In this document: in pieces, positions 20,176-32,193 of the stretch
Position numbering within the stretch: the first letter of the stretch is position 1
Layout of the letters: each line of letters starts with the position of its first letter
NCBI GenBank assembly: GCA_019058275.1
Contig: JAHLVW010000062.1
Location: forward strand, 160,001-224,000
Direction: 5' to 3'
DNA: 64,000 bases
Source of the DNA: Candidatus Heimdallarchaeota archaeon
Lineage (GTDB): Archaea; Asgardarchaeota; Heimdallarchaeia; JABLTI01
Notes under the pieces: model-generated
Database searches by the model: none
Told to the model about the DNA's origin: nothing
Seen by the model: only the letters and a program-made list of their open reading frames with translations
Program-made: the position numbers and the translations under genes

Positions 20176-21141
20176 ATGAGTAAGAAAATCAAATTAGTAA
20201 TCAGTTCACAAATGATACTATTTATATTTATAATAAGTACTAGTCAATTCTCTGTTGCAATGGACCCCTCATGGGAAGAAGGAGTTTTTTATCCTTTTAA
20301 TTTTGTCTTTATATATAAGCACCATCAGCATGATATGAAAAATGATATTTTTGATGAATATGAAATCGAAAACAAAGATGAATATGTTTTTAATATAACT
20401 TATATTGATAACTCAATGCAATGGTTTCATACTATTATCTTTGATTCTCATGGCACTAGTTCTGTGTGGCTTAACTATAACGTCGATGATTTTGCTGATA
20501 ATGTACTAACAATCAGTAATATGTTTGATGTAGATTATGAATGGGATTTTGAACATAATCAAACAGTTTTAACAGACTTTGATTTTCACTTTTTTCCATT
20601 ATATTTCATTGATCCAAATTGGACGACCTATAATAGTCGCTTTGCTGATGTTTTCAATGGCTCTGAAATCGTTGCTACTGTTGCAGATCCTTATGAACCA
20701 ATCACTCATAATTTTACTTTACAAGACGTTTTATCTTTAGCATCTGATTACTCAATCATGGGTCAAAATGATTTAGCGTTAGCAAAAGAGAAGTTTACTG
20801 ACAATAATATTAATTGGACATTTTATTTTGACTTCTCAAACGCTATTAAGGATAATGTCTTCAATACTTCTTTAGGTTTTGATAGTTACGTTCCATATGA
20901 AACATATACAATTGACTTAGGATTTGACTACTCCCCTGGAGGTATTCTTGACCAATTCCGATATAATTTTGTGTACGAAATTATAAAAGATGAAGTTTTT
21001 AGACATTATGAAGTTGTAGAAGAAGCAAATACTGGAGGATTTCCAACAGTAGAAACACCTGGCTTAACGTATTTATTGGCAATTCCTGCAATATTCACAA
21101 TAGTGTTAGTAGTAAAATACACAAAAAAGAGGAAGATGTAA
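20176..21141 (+). CDS. Surface protein paralog 2 (signal peptide, acidic body, PG-TM-K/R C-terminal anchor)
   Basis: YEWD...N.TVL..FDF, YFIDP.W, SIMG, WTF.FD.S, Y..GG.L motifs shared across the array. Confidence 0.8.
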   Translation: MSKKIKLVISSQMILFIFIISTSQFSVAMDPSWEEGVFYPFNFVFIYKHHQHDMKNDIFDEYEIENKDEYVFNITYIDNSMQWFHTIIFDSHGTSSVWLNYNVDDFADNVLTISNMFDVDYEWDFEHNQTVLTDFDFHFFPLYFIDPNWTTYNSRFADVFNGSEIVATVADPYEPITHNFTLQDVLSLASDYSIMGQNDLALAKEKFTDNNINWTFYFDFSNAIKDNVFNTSLGFDSYVPYETYTIDLGFDYSPGGILDQFRYNFVYEIIKDEVFRHYEVVEEANTGGFPTVETPGLTYLLAIPAIFTIVLVVKYTKKRKM

Positions 21142-21195
21142 TAATCTTCTTTTCTTTTTATTTTTTACTTCAACTTTTTATTAGGAAATTCTTAT

Positions 21196-22224
21196 ATGAA
21201 AACATTTGCCAGTCTATTTAGTAATGAGATGAAACTCATGAGCCAAAAAAAGAGTATTTTGATGTTGACTAATTTTATTATTATAGCTCTTTTAGTAAGT
21301 AATGCAATAACAAGTATTGCTATTGAAAGAGAGTACAATGCAGGTAATATCTTTACATGGGGTTTCAATATAGAAGAAGTAATGACTAACACATACTTAG
21401 ATCTTGATCTAGTCTATATTAATGATGAAACTGACAGTGGTGATATCCAGCTAAATATCACTGCCATAGATACACTAACAAAAAACTATGAGGGTATCTG
21501 GTCAGATGATTCTGGAAGTGGTAGTCCTGGAACATATGATTATAGTTTGGATGATTTGGGAGATCGTTTTGAGACAGTGGACCTCTTTGATATTGATTGG
21601 GAATGGGACTATCTAAACAATGTTACTGTTCCAGGTGATTTTGATTTCATGCTTAATACACCATATCTAATGTGGCAAGTTTTTGATCATTCATATCTTA
21701 TCGATCCCAAATGGGGAGATATAAATGATGCAATATTTGCAGGATTCAATCTTACCTATCAAGTAGAGACCTTTTACAATCCATACAATGCAAATATCAC
21801 CTACAATTATACACTAGCTGATGTTTTTGATAATATTTCTTTCAAAATCATGGGTAAAGATACATTAGCTGATGCAGAAGCAAAATTCACTGATACAATT
21901 TACAAATGGAACTTTGTATTTGACTTGTCTGGATTCTTAATGGAAGAATACTGGAATGGTACTACAGACATTTACCAAGCCTATGAAACATATATTGTAA
22001 GTTTATCCCTCGAGTATTCTGAGGGGGGTGTATTACAAGAATTAGAACACACTACAACGACTCTAATAACAATTGATGGAATTCAAGAGGAAGTAAATTA
22101 TAAATTTAAGCTTGCTTTAGGTGGAATGAAATCAGCAACTGTTAATTTTGCAACAATTTCAGCAGTAATTGGTTTGTTTACAATAAGCATTGTAATAGTT
22201 GTAATCAGAAGAAGAAAGAGATAA
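21196..22224 (+). CDS. Surface protein paralog 3 (likely start 21238)
   Basis: Same conserved motifs; C-terminal TM plus RRRKR. Confidence 0.8.
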   Translation: MKTFASLFSNEMKLMSQKKSILMLTNFIIIALLVSNAITSIAIEREYNAGNIFTWGFNIEEVMTNTYLDLDLVYINDETDSGDIQLNITAIDTLTKNYEGIWSDDSGSGSPGTYDYSLDDLGDRFETVDLFDIDWEWDYLNNVTVPGDFDFMLNTPYLMWQVFDHSYLIDPKWGDINDAIFAGFNLTYQVETFYNPYNANITYNYTLADVFDNISFKIMGKDTLADAEAKFTDTIYKWNFVFDLSGFLMEEYWNGTTDIYQAYETYIVSLSLEYSEGGVLQELEHTTTTLITIDGIQEEVNYKFKLALGGMKSATVNFATISAVIGLFTISIVIVVIRRRKR

Positions 22225-22302
22225 TCTCTTTTCTTCCTTTTTCTTTTATGACGGTTCGGAAATTCTTATATGACAATATCCTTTTTAGTCACTTGCTAAA
22301 AG

Positions 22303-23262
22303 GTGATGTTTTTGAACAAGAAAACTATTTTGATGTTGACCAATTTATTTGTTATTATTTTATTTGCAAATCATGCTTTATCTATTCAAGCAGCTTCCCT
22401 TAATATTGCAGCAGGTGATGAATATTTATGGGGTGAGCTTTCCAAGGTAATACTATTAGAAACTGATCCAGATACTGGACTTACTTCCACCTTCACTGTT
22501 ATGGTCGAAAAGGATTGGAATTTGGAAATAACCGATTTAAGAGTTTCTCAAAAAGAATATACCGGAAAATGGACAGATGGGACAGGTTTTGAAGCTGTTA
22601 CAGATCATGATTATGACTGGAGAGAACTTGGCTACAATTTCTTAGCAGAAGATCTGTTTTGGGCAGATTATGAATGGGATGATGATATAAATACCACAGT
22701 TCTAGTTAGTTTTGATTTCGATTATGAACCAGTATATTTGATTGAACCAGAATGGTCTGATATAAATCCTAGCATGAAGAGCATGTTCAATCTTTCACAT
22801 ATCTTAGACACTGTTGTTTATCCTGACAATACAAGTATAATCTATGAATTTACTTTGGGAAGTTTTCTTAATGATACATCCTTCAGTATTATGGGAAAGG
22901 ATACAGTTGATAAAGCCAAAAAGCAATTTAATTATAGCAATAAAAAGTGGACATTTCTGTTTGATCTCTCAGGAATTATGCTTGATGTATATTTTGATGG
23001 AACAGAAATTGTAAAAAAATATTTTGATTCTTATGTCCAAACCTTTGAATTTGAATATTCAACTAATGGAGTATTGCAATCAATAACAAAAGAAGTTGAA
23101 TCACTTTCAATTCAGGGTGATATTAAAGTGGAAACTATTGTTGGTTATTATTTTGCTATTGGTGGAGCAAAATCAGTTAATGCGAACTTTGATACAATCG
23201 CAGCTTTAACAGGTTTATTCACAATAAGTTTAGTTTTTGTTATAATTAGAAAAAGAAGGTAG
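22303..23262 (+). CDS. Surface protein paralog 4
   Basis: Same conserved motifs; signal peptide nearly identical to paralog 3. Confidence 0.8.
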   Translation: MMFLNKKTILMLTNLFVIILFANHALSIQAASLNIAAGDEYLWGELSKVILLETDPDTGLTSTFTVMVEKDWNLEITDLRVSQKEYTGKWTDGTGFEAVTDHDYDWRELGYNFLAEDLFWADYEWDDDINTTVLVSFDFDYEPVYLIEPEWSDINPSMKSMFNLSHILDTVVYPDNTSIIYEFTLGSFLNDTSFSIMGKDTVDKAKKQFNYSNKKWTFLFDLSGIMLDVYFDGTEIVKKYFDSYVQTFEFEYSTNGVLQSITKEVESLSIQGDIKVETIVGYYFAIGGAKSVNANFDTIAALTGLFTISLVFVIIRKRR

Positions 23263-23400
23263 TTTTCCACCTTTTTTCTGTTTTCTTTTGCCTTAATCTT
23301 AATTAATTTATAACTTGCAAATGATAATTTCATTGATGATTGGTTTGCTAATAATTGTCTTTAACGGGATTCGAATCATTTGCAAGTTTAGAAGAGGAAA

Positions 23401-26400
23401 TTGATTATGTTTTCTAGTTTTAAATCAAAAATTATAATTTTATTAATCCTAGCTACCCCCCTAATATCCTTTAGTTTTAATAACTATGGATCTGATTCTC
23501 CTATCACGCAAACCAATTTTCATAATTCAGACTTAACCAATATTTTGGACACTACATCTAATGAAATTAATGGTTTGCTTTGGAATTCAGTTTCTGGATT
23601 AACAGGTGATATAACAACTCCGTTGGTACTTGACTATACAAATACAAGTGAATTAAAGGAAAGTGTCTATATTGGATTTGAAATAAGCTTAACGAAAATC
23701 GATATTGAAACAGGTTTGATTGACTGGATTCATGCAACACCTGGTACGATTCTAAGTATAATACCAAATTGATGATGGAATTAATGATGTGTTTATAACA
23801 GTTGATAATCAATTATTCAACAATACACTAATGATAGATGGTTCAACCAGTGAAACCATATGATCTTTCAGACCACAAGAAGAAGTATGGGATGAAGGAA
23901 TTGGTTACACAAACGAAGAAACACGTTCATGGTCTGGTTTACAGATAGATGACATAGATGATGACAACTTGGATGATGTCTTAGTATCTTCTTATAAAAC
24001 AGTCTTTGCTTTGAGCTCTGTAGATGGTTCATTACTTTGGAAATTTAGTGCAACTAATTACGTCTGGTCCACAGAATTGATAGATGATGTAAATTCAGAT
24101 GGAATAGATGAAATCGCTATAGGTAGTCAAGATGGTGAATTGATACTACTTGATGGATTAGAAGGTTCAGATATTTGGTCTATTCAAGCTTCAGAACCAG
24201 CAAAAGTTGTTGATGCACAAGATATTGAGTATGTTTATGATAGAAGTGTTTTCGATGTCAAAAAATGCATTGACATGAGCAATGATGATTACAATGATAT
24301 CCTTATTACTGATGAAAATGGTTATTGCGCTGTTTTTAGTGTTACAGATGGTCAATTAATTGATCGAGTCAAAGCCTATAGTAGTTCAGGTGGGATAAGT
24401 AATCAAGCATCATTTGGCGATGATAGTTTTTATAATTTAATCAGCATGGAAACTGACACAAATTATGCTTCTCCAAAGATATTGGTAGCAGGACGTTCAA
24501 CTTCTTCAATCGGAAACAGTTCACTTCATTTATTATCATTGAATCAAAATAACATTGGTGTAGATTGGGGAATATATTCGCTAGATATGGAAAATATTAG
24601 ATCAATTGCTACCTGTGTTACCTCAGATCTAACAGTTGATTATACAAAAATGATTATACCATTAGGTGAATCTGGAAGCTCAAATTTCAATAAAACTTTG
24701 GGAGTATATTCAGTAGAAAATCGATCACAAATCGCTGAATGGTATATATCTGTATTTTCTGAAAAAAATGATTTCGAGTTAAATTTTGGTGATTCCAAAT
24801 CAGATAACTACCCATTTAGAGGAAATTATGTTTCTTTTGTAAATGATTATTCAGGTTCTAATGAATCAGAAGTGTTGGTCTTTTTCCAAGGCAATGGTCT
24901 GTTTCTGTTAGATGGTGATACCGGTGATATAATTTGGAGACAATCATTAACAACAAATACCAAAATTGAACCCTTTTATGATGTTAATAATGATTCAACA
25001 ATTGATATCTTGAGTAAAGATGCCTTCTTCCCAGACAATTATCTAGCAAATAGATTTTACATTCAAAAAATATATATGATTGATGGTACCTCAGGTGAAC
25101 TATTGTGGAAACACGAGATTCCTTATGAGGATCAAAAATACACTAATGGTGGTTATCTATAAGGCATAACAACAGATAATGCTACCAATGATAGTATACC
25201 TGATTTATTATTAGTACAACAAGAAGCGTCCTCATTTGAAGCAAGTTTACAAAATTACTCAAAAGTTAAATTAATTGATGGTGCTAATGGAACAATTATA
25301 TGGGTAGCACTTCCTACTGATCCATCATGGGTTTATTCAAAGGAGCAAATGAGAATCAATACAGTAACTACAATCGATGATCAAGATGCAGATAACATAT
25401 CAGATGTTTTGATTTCATGTCAGCGTAGTTTCATTTATTGTAGGAGTGGAGCTACTGGTGAGTATTTATGGAATATTACTCGAGAAGGTTCATTTTTAGA
25501 TCCCAGTCATCGTGATTGATTCCCTGGAATTCAAAAATTTGTTAATGTTGGTAATATACTGGGAAATTATACTGATGATTATGTTTGTGTATGGGATGGT
25601 AGAGTACAGCTAATTGATTCTGATGATTTCTACACTGTTCATTGGGAATGGTTTAATCCATTTGGATAGTTAGATGAACAATATTTCAAAATTCATATAA
25701 ATGAAGCGGAAAATGAAACATTTGTTGTTCTATCTACAAATAAGAATGATAAACAATATACTACCTTTATTAATTTACAAGATAGAACAGTTGAAGCTGA
25801 GATACCTGGAGACTTACCTCAGTGGGACATGCAGTTATTTATTGATGATTTCAATAATGATGATGTTCGTGATCACTTAATGTTTAGACCCTGGGGTAAT
25901 GATGACTTATCAGAATGGGTCTATATTATTTCTGGCTCAGATGGAAGTATAATAAGCTATTATTCTCCATATAAACCAAATTTTGATTACAACTTTTGGG
26001 TTGTAGATCAACTATTCAGAATTGGTATGGACAGTTTTGTTGATATTATAGAAGATCAAAATGGAGATAATGTTCTAGAATTAATAGTTAGTTGGTCTGT
26101 TGGACAACATAGTGAAGAAGAAGATGCTCAAGGAATGGTTGTTGAGCTTCTTGATATGACGAAAACTCAAGCTGAAATTATTCACTATTATAATTTTGTC
26201 AAAGTTAAGAAAGAAGAATGGGTAAAACCATCATCTATTCCATCACTATACACAAAAAACCTTGGTGATGTGACTGGTGATGGAAATCCTGATATTCTTG
26301 TTACTTTGATAGAACCTCTAGGTGAAATTGTTTCTATTATCCTTGATATTTCTGAAGACGAAGGAATTTGGAAAGAGATATCATCAACAATTTTTTCATC

Positions 26401-26875
26401 GATTACACCACAGGACCTTGATGGTTTACTAGCAGATAATTTTGTTTATACAGACATGTATGGAAGAATTAGAGCAGTAGATAGTTTCTATACAGTTGCA
26501 ATCGAATATTTTGATGCAGTAAGAGAAGGAACAGGCAAATACTTAATCCAATGGGAAAGTGACGCAGAGAATGTAATCACAACCATTCTTGTAGATGGTG
26601 AAATGGTATCTACAGTATTTGATTCAGAAGCTGAAATTTATCTTAGCAATGGTAATCATTCAATAAGTGTAGCCATAAAAGATAGCAACGGTATAAGTGC
26701 TTTTGCAAATATGGATGTAACCATCGAAAAGGTTGGTGGAGTATTCATTATTTGGATTGTAATTATTGTAGTAATTATCTCCTTTATTGGAGTTAAGTTA
26801 TTCTTTAGATTTAAACGGAAAGAGGACCTGACTGATTTCGGTCCTGATCTAAGTGAAAAAGATGATTTTGTATGA
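23401..26875 (+). pseudogene. Large FG-GAP/PQQ-type beta-propeller surface protein with C-terminal TM, disrupted
   Basis: Repeated DxNxDGxxD and 'IDG.SG.LLW' units; frameshift near 23765, in-frame stops near 23862, 25160, 25517, 25667. Confidence 0.8.
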
Positions 26876-27963
26876 CCAGTTTTGAAGCACATCCAATAGA
26901 CTCATCAGCTGTAGAAGAAGAAATTGTAAAGAAAGAAGTTTTAGCAATTCAAACTATTGGTTTAAAGAAATACTTTGGCAGAGGATATAATCTAGTTAAA
27001 GGAGTTGATGGAATAAACATAGAAGTTAAGGAAGGAGAAGTTCATGGATTTCTAGGTCCTAATGGAGCTGGTAAGACCACTACAATGCTTATGTTAGCTA
27101 GTACAATTAGACCAACAGCAGGTAAAGCATATGTATTTGGAAAAGCTGTTGGAACACCAGCAGCAAACAAACTTATGGGAGTTGCTATAGCAAACCCACG
27201 TTTTTGGAAGACAATGACTGCTTACAAATATCTTGTTTTTATGGGTCAACTTGCTGGTCTTCAAAAAACATTATCTAAAGAACGTGCAAAGGAATTCATG
27301 CACATATTGGAGATAACTAAACATGTTCATCGATTACCAGTTTCATTTTCAACAAGCATGAAAGCGAAACTTGCGGTAGCTCAGGCACCTATGCATCATC
27401 AAAAATTAGCAATACTTGATGAAAGTACTGCTGGCTTAAATCCAGAATCAAGATTTAAACTAGTCAATACTATAAAAGAACTAGCTCAAACTTTAGGAAC
27501 AAGTATTTTTGTTAGTGGTCATATTCTTACAGAAATCGAGAAGTTAGTTTCTCGAGTATCGATCATTGTAAAGGGTAAGATAGGTTTAACTTGTACCTAA
27601 CAAGAAATGAGGAAAGAATTCTCTACAGGACAATTTACCTTGGAATGCACAAATCCAGAAATAGTAATGCAAGATCTGTTTAACTTAGGTGTGACAGGTC
27701 AAATCTTTATGGATCATACTAATGTAATAATCTTTCAAAGTGATTTCATTGATTATGTTTATGCACAATTACCTGAGATATTAAGAAGAAATGGATCAAA
27801 TCTGATAAGATTCTCACCACTTGAGGTTACTCTAGAGGAAGTATTCATAAACGTCATTTCTAAGAGATTCGGTTTTGATTTCTTATATGAAGATGATATT
27901 TTGAGAGAACAACAAACAGAAAAGCGAGGTATATTCAAAAGATTTGCTAGGAGGGTACAATAA
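26872..27963 (+). pseudogene. ABC transporter ATP-binding protein with an internal stop
   Basis: GPNGAGKTT Walker A, degenerate signature, ILDES; TAA at 27598 then in-frame continuation to TLEEVF. Confidence 0.85.
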
Positions 27964-29009
27964 TGACTGATCAACTACAATACGAAGAAAAATCAACAAT
28001 TGTACCAATTGAAATTGGAGATGAGAAAAGCTGAAAAGAGAAAGAAGGTAAACGTTATTTCGGTATGTTTATAATTTAACAAAAGACTTTCATTGATCTT
28101 TTCAGCCTCAAGCGTGTTTTGAGTTATTTGCTTCTTTCATTTCTGTTTTCATTTATACTTGCTATGGTAGTTTCTGATAATTTAGATGGGCAGTTATCTA
28201 GTATAAGCATTGATTATCAAATAGCTACTATAGTTAACTATTTTGCTTTTGCATCTTTCTTTTGGAATACTGGTATCCTTCTATGGATTTACTCTGGATT
28301 AACAGCTTCAAGCTTTATCTTGAGTGAAGAAACTGGCGGAACAATGATTTTCCTGTTAACAAAACCAATTCGAAGAACTACTTTATAGGTAAGTAAATTC
28401 TTAGGATACTTCTTAAACATGGCTATACTGCAATTCTTCTCTTTACTTCTAAGTTTAGCTACGATATGTGGTTTGTTTGGAGTTTCTACTCCTGTGTTTA
28501 CTGCTGGAATGAAATTCTTGGTTCCAATATATCTATTTGCTCTCTTGTTGATCGCTAGCGTTGGTATGATAATGGGATTCCTTTCAATTGTCAACAAAAG
28601 GATTGTAGTAAATGTTCTAGTTTTGATGTTAGTAATCGTAGTAATTTACTTCGTTGGTATTATATTCCGTGTAGCTATTCCAAATTATTATGCCACTTGG
28701 AGATTATACCTAATAGATTTGGGATATAATTTCAGCTTAATGTTTGTGATTTTCTTGAATTTCTTTGGTTTCCAACCAACACCATTCTTCCAACAAAACT
28801 TTGGAATGTTTTTTGGAACATATGTTAGTATGTTTACAGATGTTTCAGAATTTCTTGGTGCAGCGGATCCTGAAAATGGCTTAACTTTCATGCTTCCAGA
28901 AACAGGTTACATAAATCCAATAGTAACTATCATCGTATTAGTAGTAATTACTGCGGTACTTTTTATTTTAGGTTTAATTATTCTAGAGAGAAAAGATGTT
29001 AGTCCTTAG
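27963..29009 (+). pseudogene. ABC-2 type permease, disrupted
   Basis: E..GGTMIFLLTKPIRR motif, multiple TM helices, stops near 28032 and 28386. Confidence 0.8.
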
Positions 29010-29081
29010 TTGGACATAACTTTTTTATCTCTTTTTTTTATTTGTAATTTAGTTTTAAACAATTACAACTAGGGAATTTTT

Positions 29082-29868
29082 ATGAGTAATAAAAAATCAA
29101 CTAGTTTTATTGGTGATAAGTAATATTTAGACGATTTAACGGCTATGGAATGGTTTAAGAAAAATAAGATACTATCAATTCAACTTTTAGAACCAAAAGA
29201 AGGAAACAAGATTCTTGATGTTGGATGTGGCACTGGTGAGGATGTTTTGGCATTATCTCAAATGGTTGGTGCTGGAGGTAAAGTAGTTGGTATTGATATT
29301 GATGAAAAAATGATTAATGAAGCCAAGAACAAGTCAAAAATGGTTAAAAATGTAGAATTCAGAATAGGTGATGTATATAATTTAGATTTTGAAAATAATA
29401 CATTCCATGGTTGTCGTGCTGATAGAGTATTTCAACATATAAGTGAACTTGAAAAGGCTCTATCTGAAATGGTTAGAGTAGTTAAACCAGGATTTCCAAT
29501 CATTATATTAGATCCTGATTGGGAATCATTGTTAATAGATTCACCAAATGTTGAATTTACAAGAAAATTTCTTAGCTTTCATGCAAGTTCATTTGCTAAT
29601 CCTTGGAGTGGTAGAAGGCTAGCTAATCTTTTCAGAAAACAAAAACTAAAAGATATTCAAGTAATTGCAGATACTTTGATTATTACTAAGTATAAAGAAG
29701 CAGTAATGATATATCTTTTAGAACAATATATTGAGAAAGGTATTGGTGAAAAAGCATTCAATGAATCAGAAGCTGAAGCTTGGAAGAGGTAGTTGATTGA
29801 ACTAAGTAAAAATAACCTATTCTTTAGCTGGTCACCAGTTTTTGCGTTAGTGGATATAAACCTGAATA
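29082..29868 (+). pseudogene. Class I SAM methyltransferase (UbiE-like) with premature stops
   Basis: ILDVGCGTG, ADRVFQH, EMVRVVKPG, DPDWESL; in-frame TAA at about 29121 and TAG at 29790. Confidence 0.8.
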
Positions 29869-29874
29869 GAACAA

Positions 29875-30696
29875 TTAATGTAAAACTAATTCAGTAATAA
29901 GAAATATATCAATAGCGAAAATTACTCCTATGAGAAAGAACATTGGTTTGCCTTTTTTACCTAAAGGAATCATATCACGGATTACAGTAAATAGAACTAA
30001 ACCTAAAGCGAAAGCAAAGACAATGAAGAAAACTACTTCATTGAAAACTAAGAAGACTCCAATTAAAGCTCCTAAAGTTAAATCAACGAAACTTATGATA
30101 CGAAACACTCTTTCTGGTTTTTCTTTTAAATCTCCAATAATTTGCTCTGCAGAAAAAGCTATTGTAAATGCACGGATAGCAAAAGGTATCATTATTATAA
30201 AGGCTACTTCTAAGTTATTCTCATAGAAGACTAATGCAATAAGAATACCTATCATCATACTATGAGTGACTAAAGCTATTGCTTCAAAAACTGCATTGTG
30301 TTCTGGAACGATACAATCAATTTCAGCTAAATTCTTTTTATATTCCACAACAGAATCAAGTGTTTGTTTCTGCTTATCATGTTCATCCTGAGCATGTAAT
30401 TTGATGGATGTTGTTGGATTGTCCTTTAAAATCCGTTTATAGATTATCTTTTCAATTAAAGCAATAATCGTAAATCCTGCAAGCAAAGGAATGTAAAGTC
30501 CTAGAGCTGTTTCATGTCCTACGAAAATTTGTGGTAGAAGTTCTAGAAATAGAATCCCAACCATTAACCCTGCACCTAAACTCTCAAGATGAAAGTGCCA
30601 TTTTCTCATTCGTTCTGATATTTTTTCTCCGATAAAATGGATCAATGTAAGACCTATTGCAACTGAAATTGGAACTATAGTGTTTACAACATCCAA
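29875..30696 (-). CDS. ZIP-like membrane transporter
   Basis: SLGAGLMVGILFLELLP, His-containing loop, several TM helices, RDMIP end. Confidence 0.6.
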   Translation of the reverse strand: MDVVNTIVPISVAIGLTLIHFIGEKISERMRKWHFHLESLGAGLMVGILFLELLPQIFVGHETALGLYIPLLAGFTIIALIEKIIYKRILKDNPTTSIKLHAQDEHDKQKQTLDSVVEYKKNLAEIDCIVPEHNAVFEAIALVTHSMMIGILIALVFYENNLEVAFIIMIPFAIRAFTIAFSAEQIIGDLKEKPERVFRIISFVDLTLGALIGVFLVFNEVVFFIVFAFALGLVLFTVIRDMIPLGKKGKPMFFLIGVIFAIDIFLITELVLH

Positions 30697-30960
30697 ATTA
30701 TCATCACCTATTGTAATAATCTACCACACAATATTAGAGTAAATTGGTTTAGATTTTTAAAGATTAAACAAATTATTTCTTAATAAATACATAATACTCT
30801 GAATTTGTCAACAAAACTCTATTAATTTCTCAGAGATAATCATGACAGAAAATAATCAGTGGAGAATTGTAGATGTTTTGTTGGATTTTATTAAATAATT
30901 AAGCATAGTAAAAAATAGAAACTATTATTTATAAGGAAATAAAATAGGACTCGATACAAT

Positions 30961-32193
30961 ATGTCGAAGTATATCGTCAAAGCAACACCTGATTATCTAC
31001 CTCTAAGTTCTTATGAGTTTGTCAGACATTTTTCAAATCTTCTTACAAGAGAAACATATAATCATTGGATAAACTATGACAACTATACTGCAATAATCGG
31101 TTATTCGTGTAGGTCATTATTTGAGATGATTATGGAGTATTTTAGTAGAGATGATTTAGTAGTTGCTACTACACCAATTCACCATACATCATTCAGAAAT
31201 ATAATTGAAAAATATGTTAAACCTGAAAATATTCACATTATAGAGTTGAATAAAAATTACAATGAAATTGATAAAATTCCTGAGATTGAAAAATGTGATT
31301 TGGTTATTATTACACATTTATTTGGCCAAGATATGGATCTCTCTAAATTCTCAAAGTTTAAAGAAAAACATAATTGTCTAATTATTGAGGATCGAGTTCA
31401 AGGAGGTTCACTTGATCTAAAGTTTAGTAATATAATTATAGATATTTCTCTTTATTCAATGGCTATGGATAAAAGACCAATTGCTCTTGGTGGAGGATTC
31501 ATGTATGTTAATAATAAACACGACAAATTAATTGTTGATTTTAAAGGTATTATTAAGAAGTTACCAAGAGAAAAATTAAGTAGAAGGTTTAAAGATTTAC
31601 TGAAGAAAATACCAACATATTTACTTTACAATAGTCGACAATTTTTCTTCACATTTTTTTGTATACTAAAACTGCTAAATTTTTTCAACAGTAAAATAAG
31701 CATTCTGAATATTACTAAATCATATAGAAAAGGTAATCCTGGTTTTGCCCGTGGTGGTTATATGGTTAAACCATCACAAGGATTGTTAAAGTCGATGTTT
31801 GAGAACTTTAACAAGCATAAACAGGCAGAGCAACTATATACTAAAAAGTACGAGTTCTTTATTGAAAATTTATCACCAAAGATAGTTTTAGATATGTTCC
31901 CATGGTATAAAGGCAATACTTCTCTAACACCTTATAATACAATTTTAGTAAATGAGCAGCTAATAGATGAATTTTTAGAATTTCTAAATGATAATAATAT
32001 GTCTGGTTTGCCAAATCCCACCTATAAAATATTCAACCATTCATATGAAAGTGACTCAAGATATAAGAAGTTCAATAACGGGATAGCATATTTACCATGT
32101 ATTGTTAATATGAGCAAAGATGAAATTATCTATCTAACTAATAAAATTAAGGAATTCTACATTACTTACAAATTAAATGATAAAGAAAAGTAA
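30961..32193 (+). CDS. DegT/DnrJ/EryC1/StrS-like PLP-dependent protein (divergent)
   Basis: VIITHLFGQ, LIIEDRVQG, YSMAMDKRPIALGGG. Confidence 0.7.
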   Translation: MSKYIVKATPDYLPLSSYEFVRHFSNLLTRETYNHWINYDNYTAIIGYSCRSLFEMIMEYFSRDDLVVATTPIHHTSFRNIIEKYVKPENIHIIELNKNYNEIDKIPEIEKCDLVIITHLFGQDMDLSKFSKFKEKHNCLIIEDRVQGGSLDLKFSNIIIDISLYSMAMDKRPIALGGGFMYVNNKHDKLIVDFKGIIKKLPREKLSRRFKDLLKKIPTYLLYNSRQFFFTFFCILKLLNFFNSKISILNITKSYRKGNPGFARGGYMVKPSQGLLKSMFENFNKHKQAEQLYTKKYEFFIENLSPKIVLDMFPWYKGNTSLTPYNTILVNEQLIDEFLEFLNDNNMSGLPNPTYKIFNHSYESDSRYKKFNNGIAYLPCIVNMSKDEIIYLTNKIKEFYITYKLNDKEK

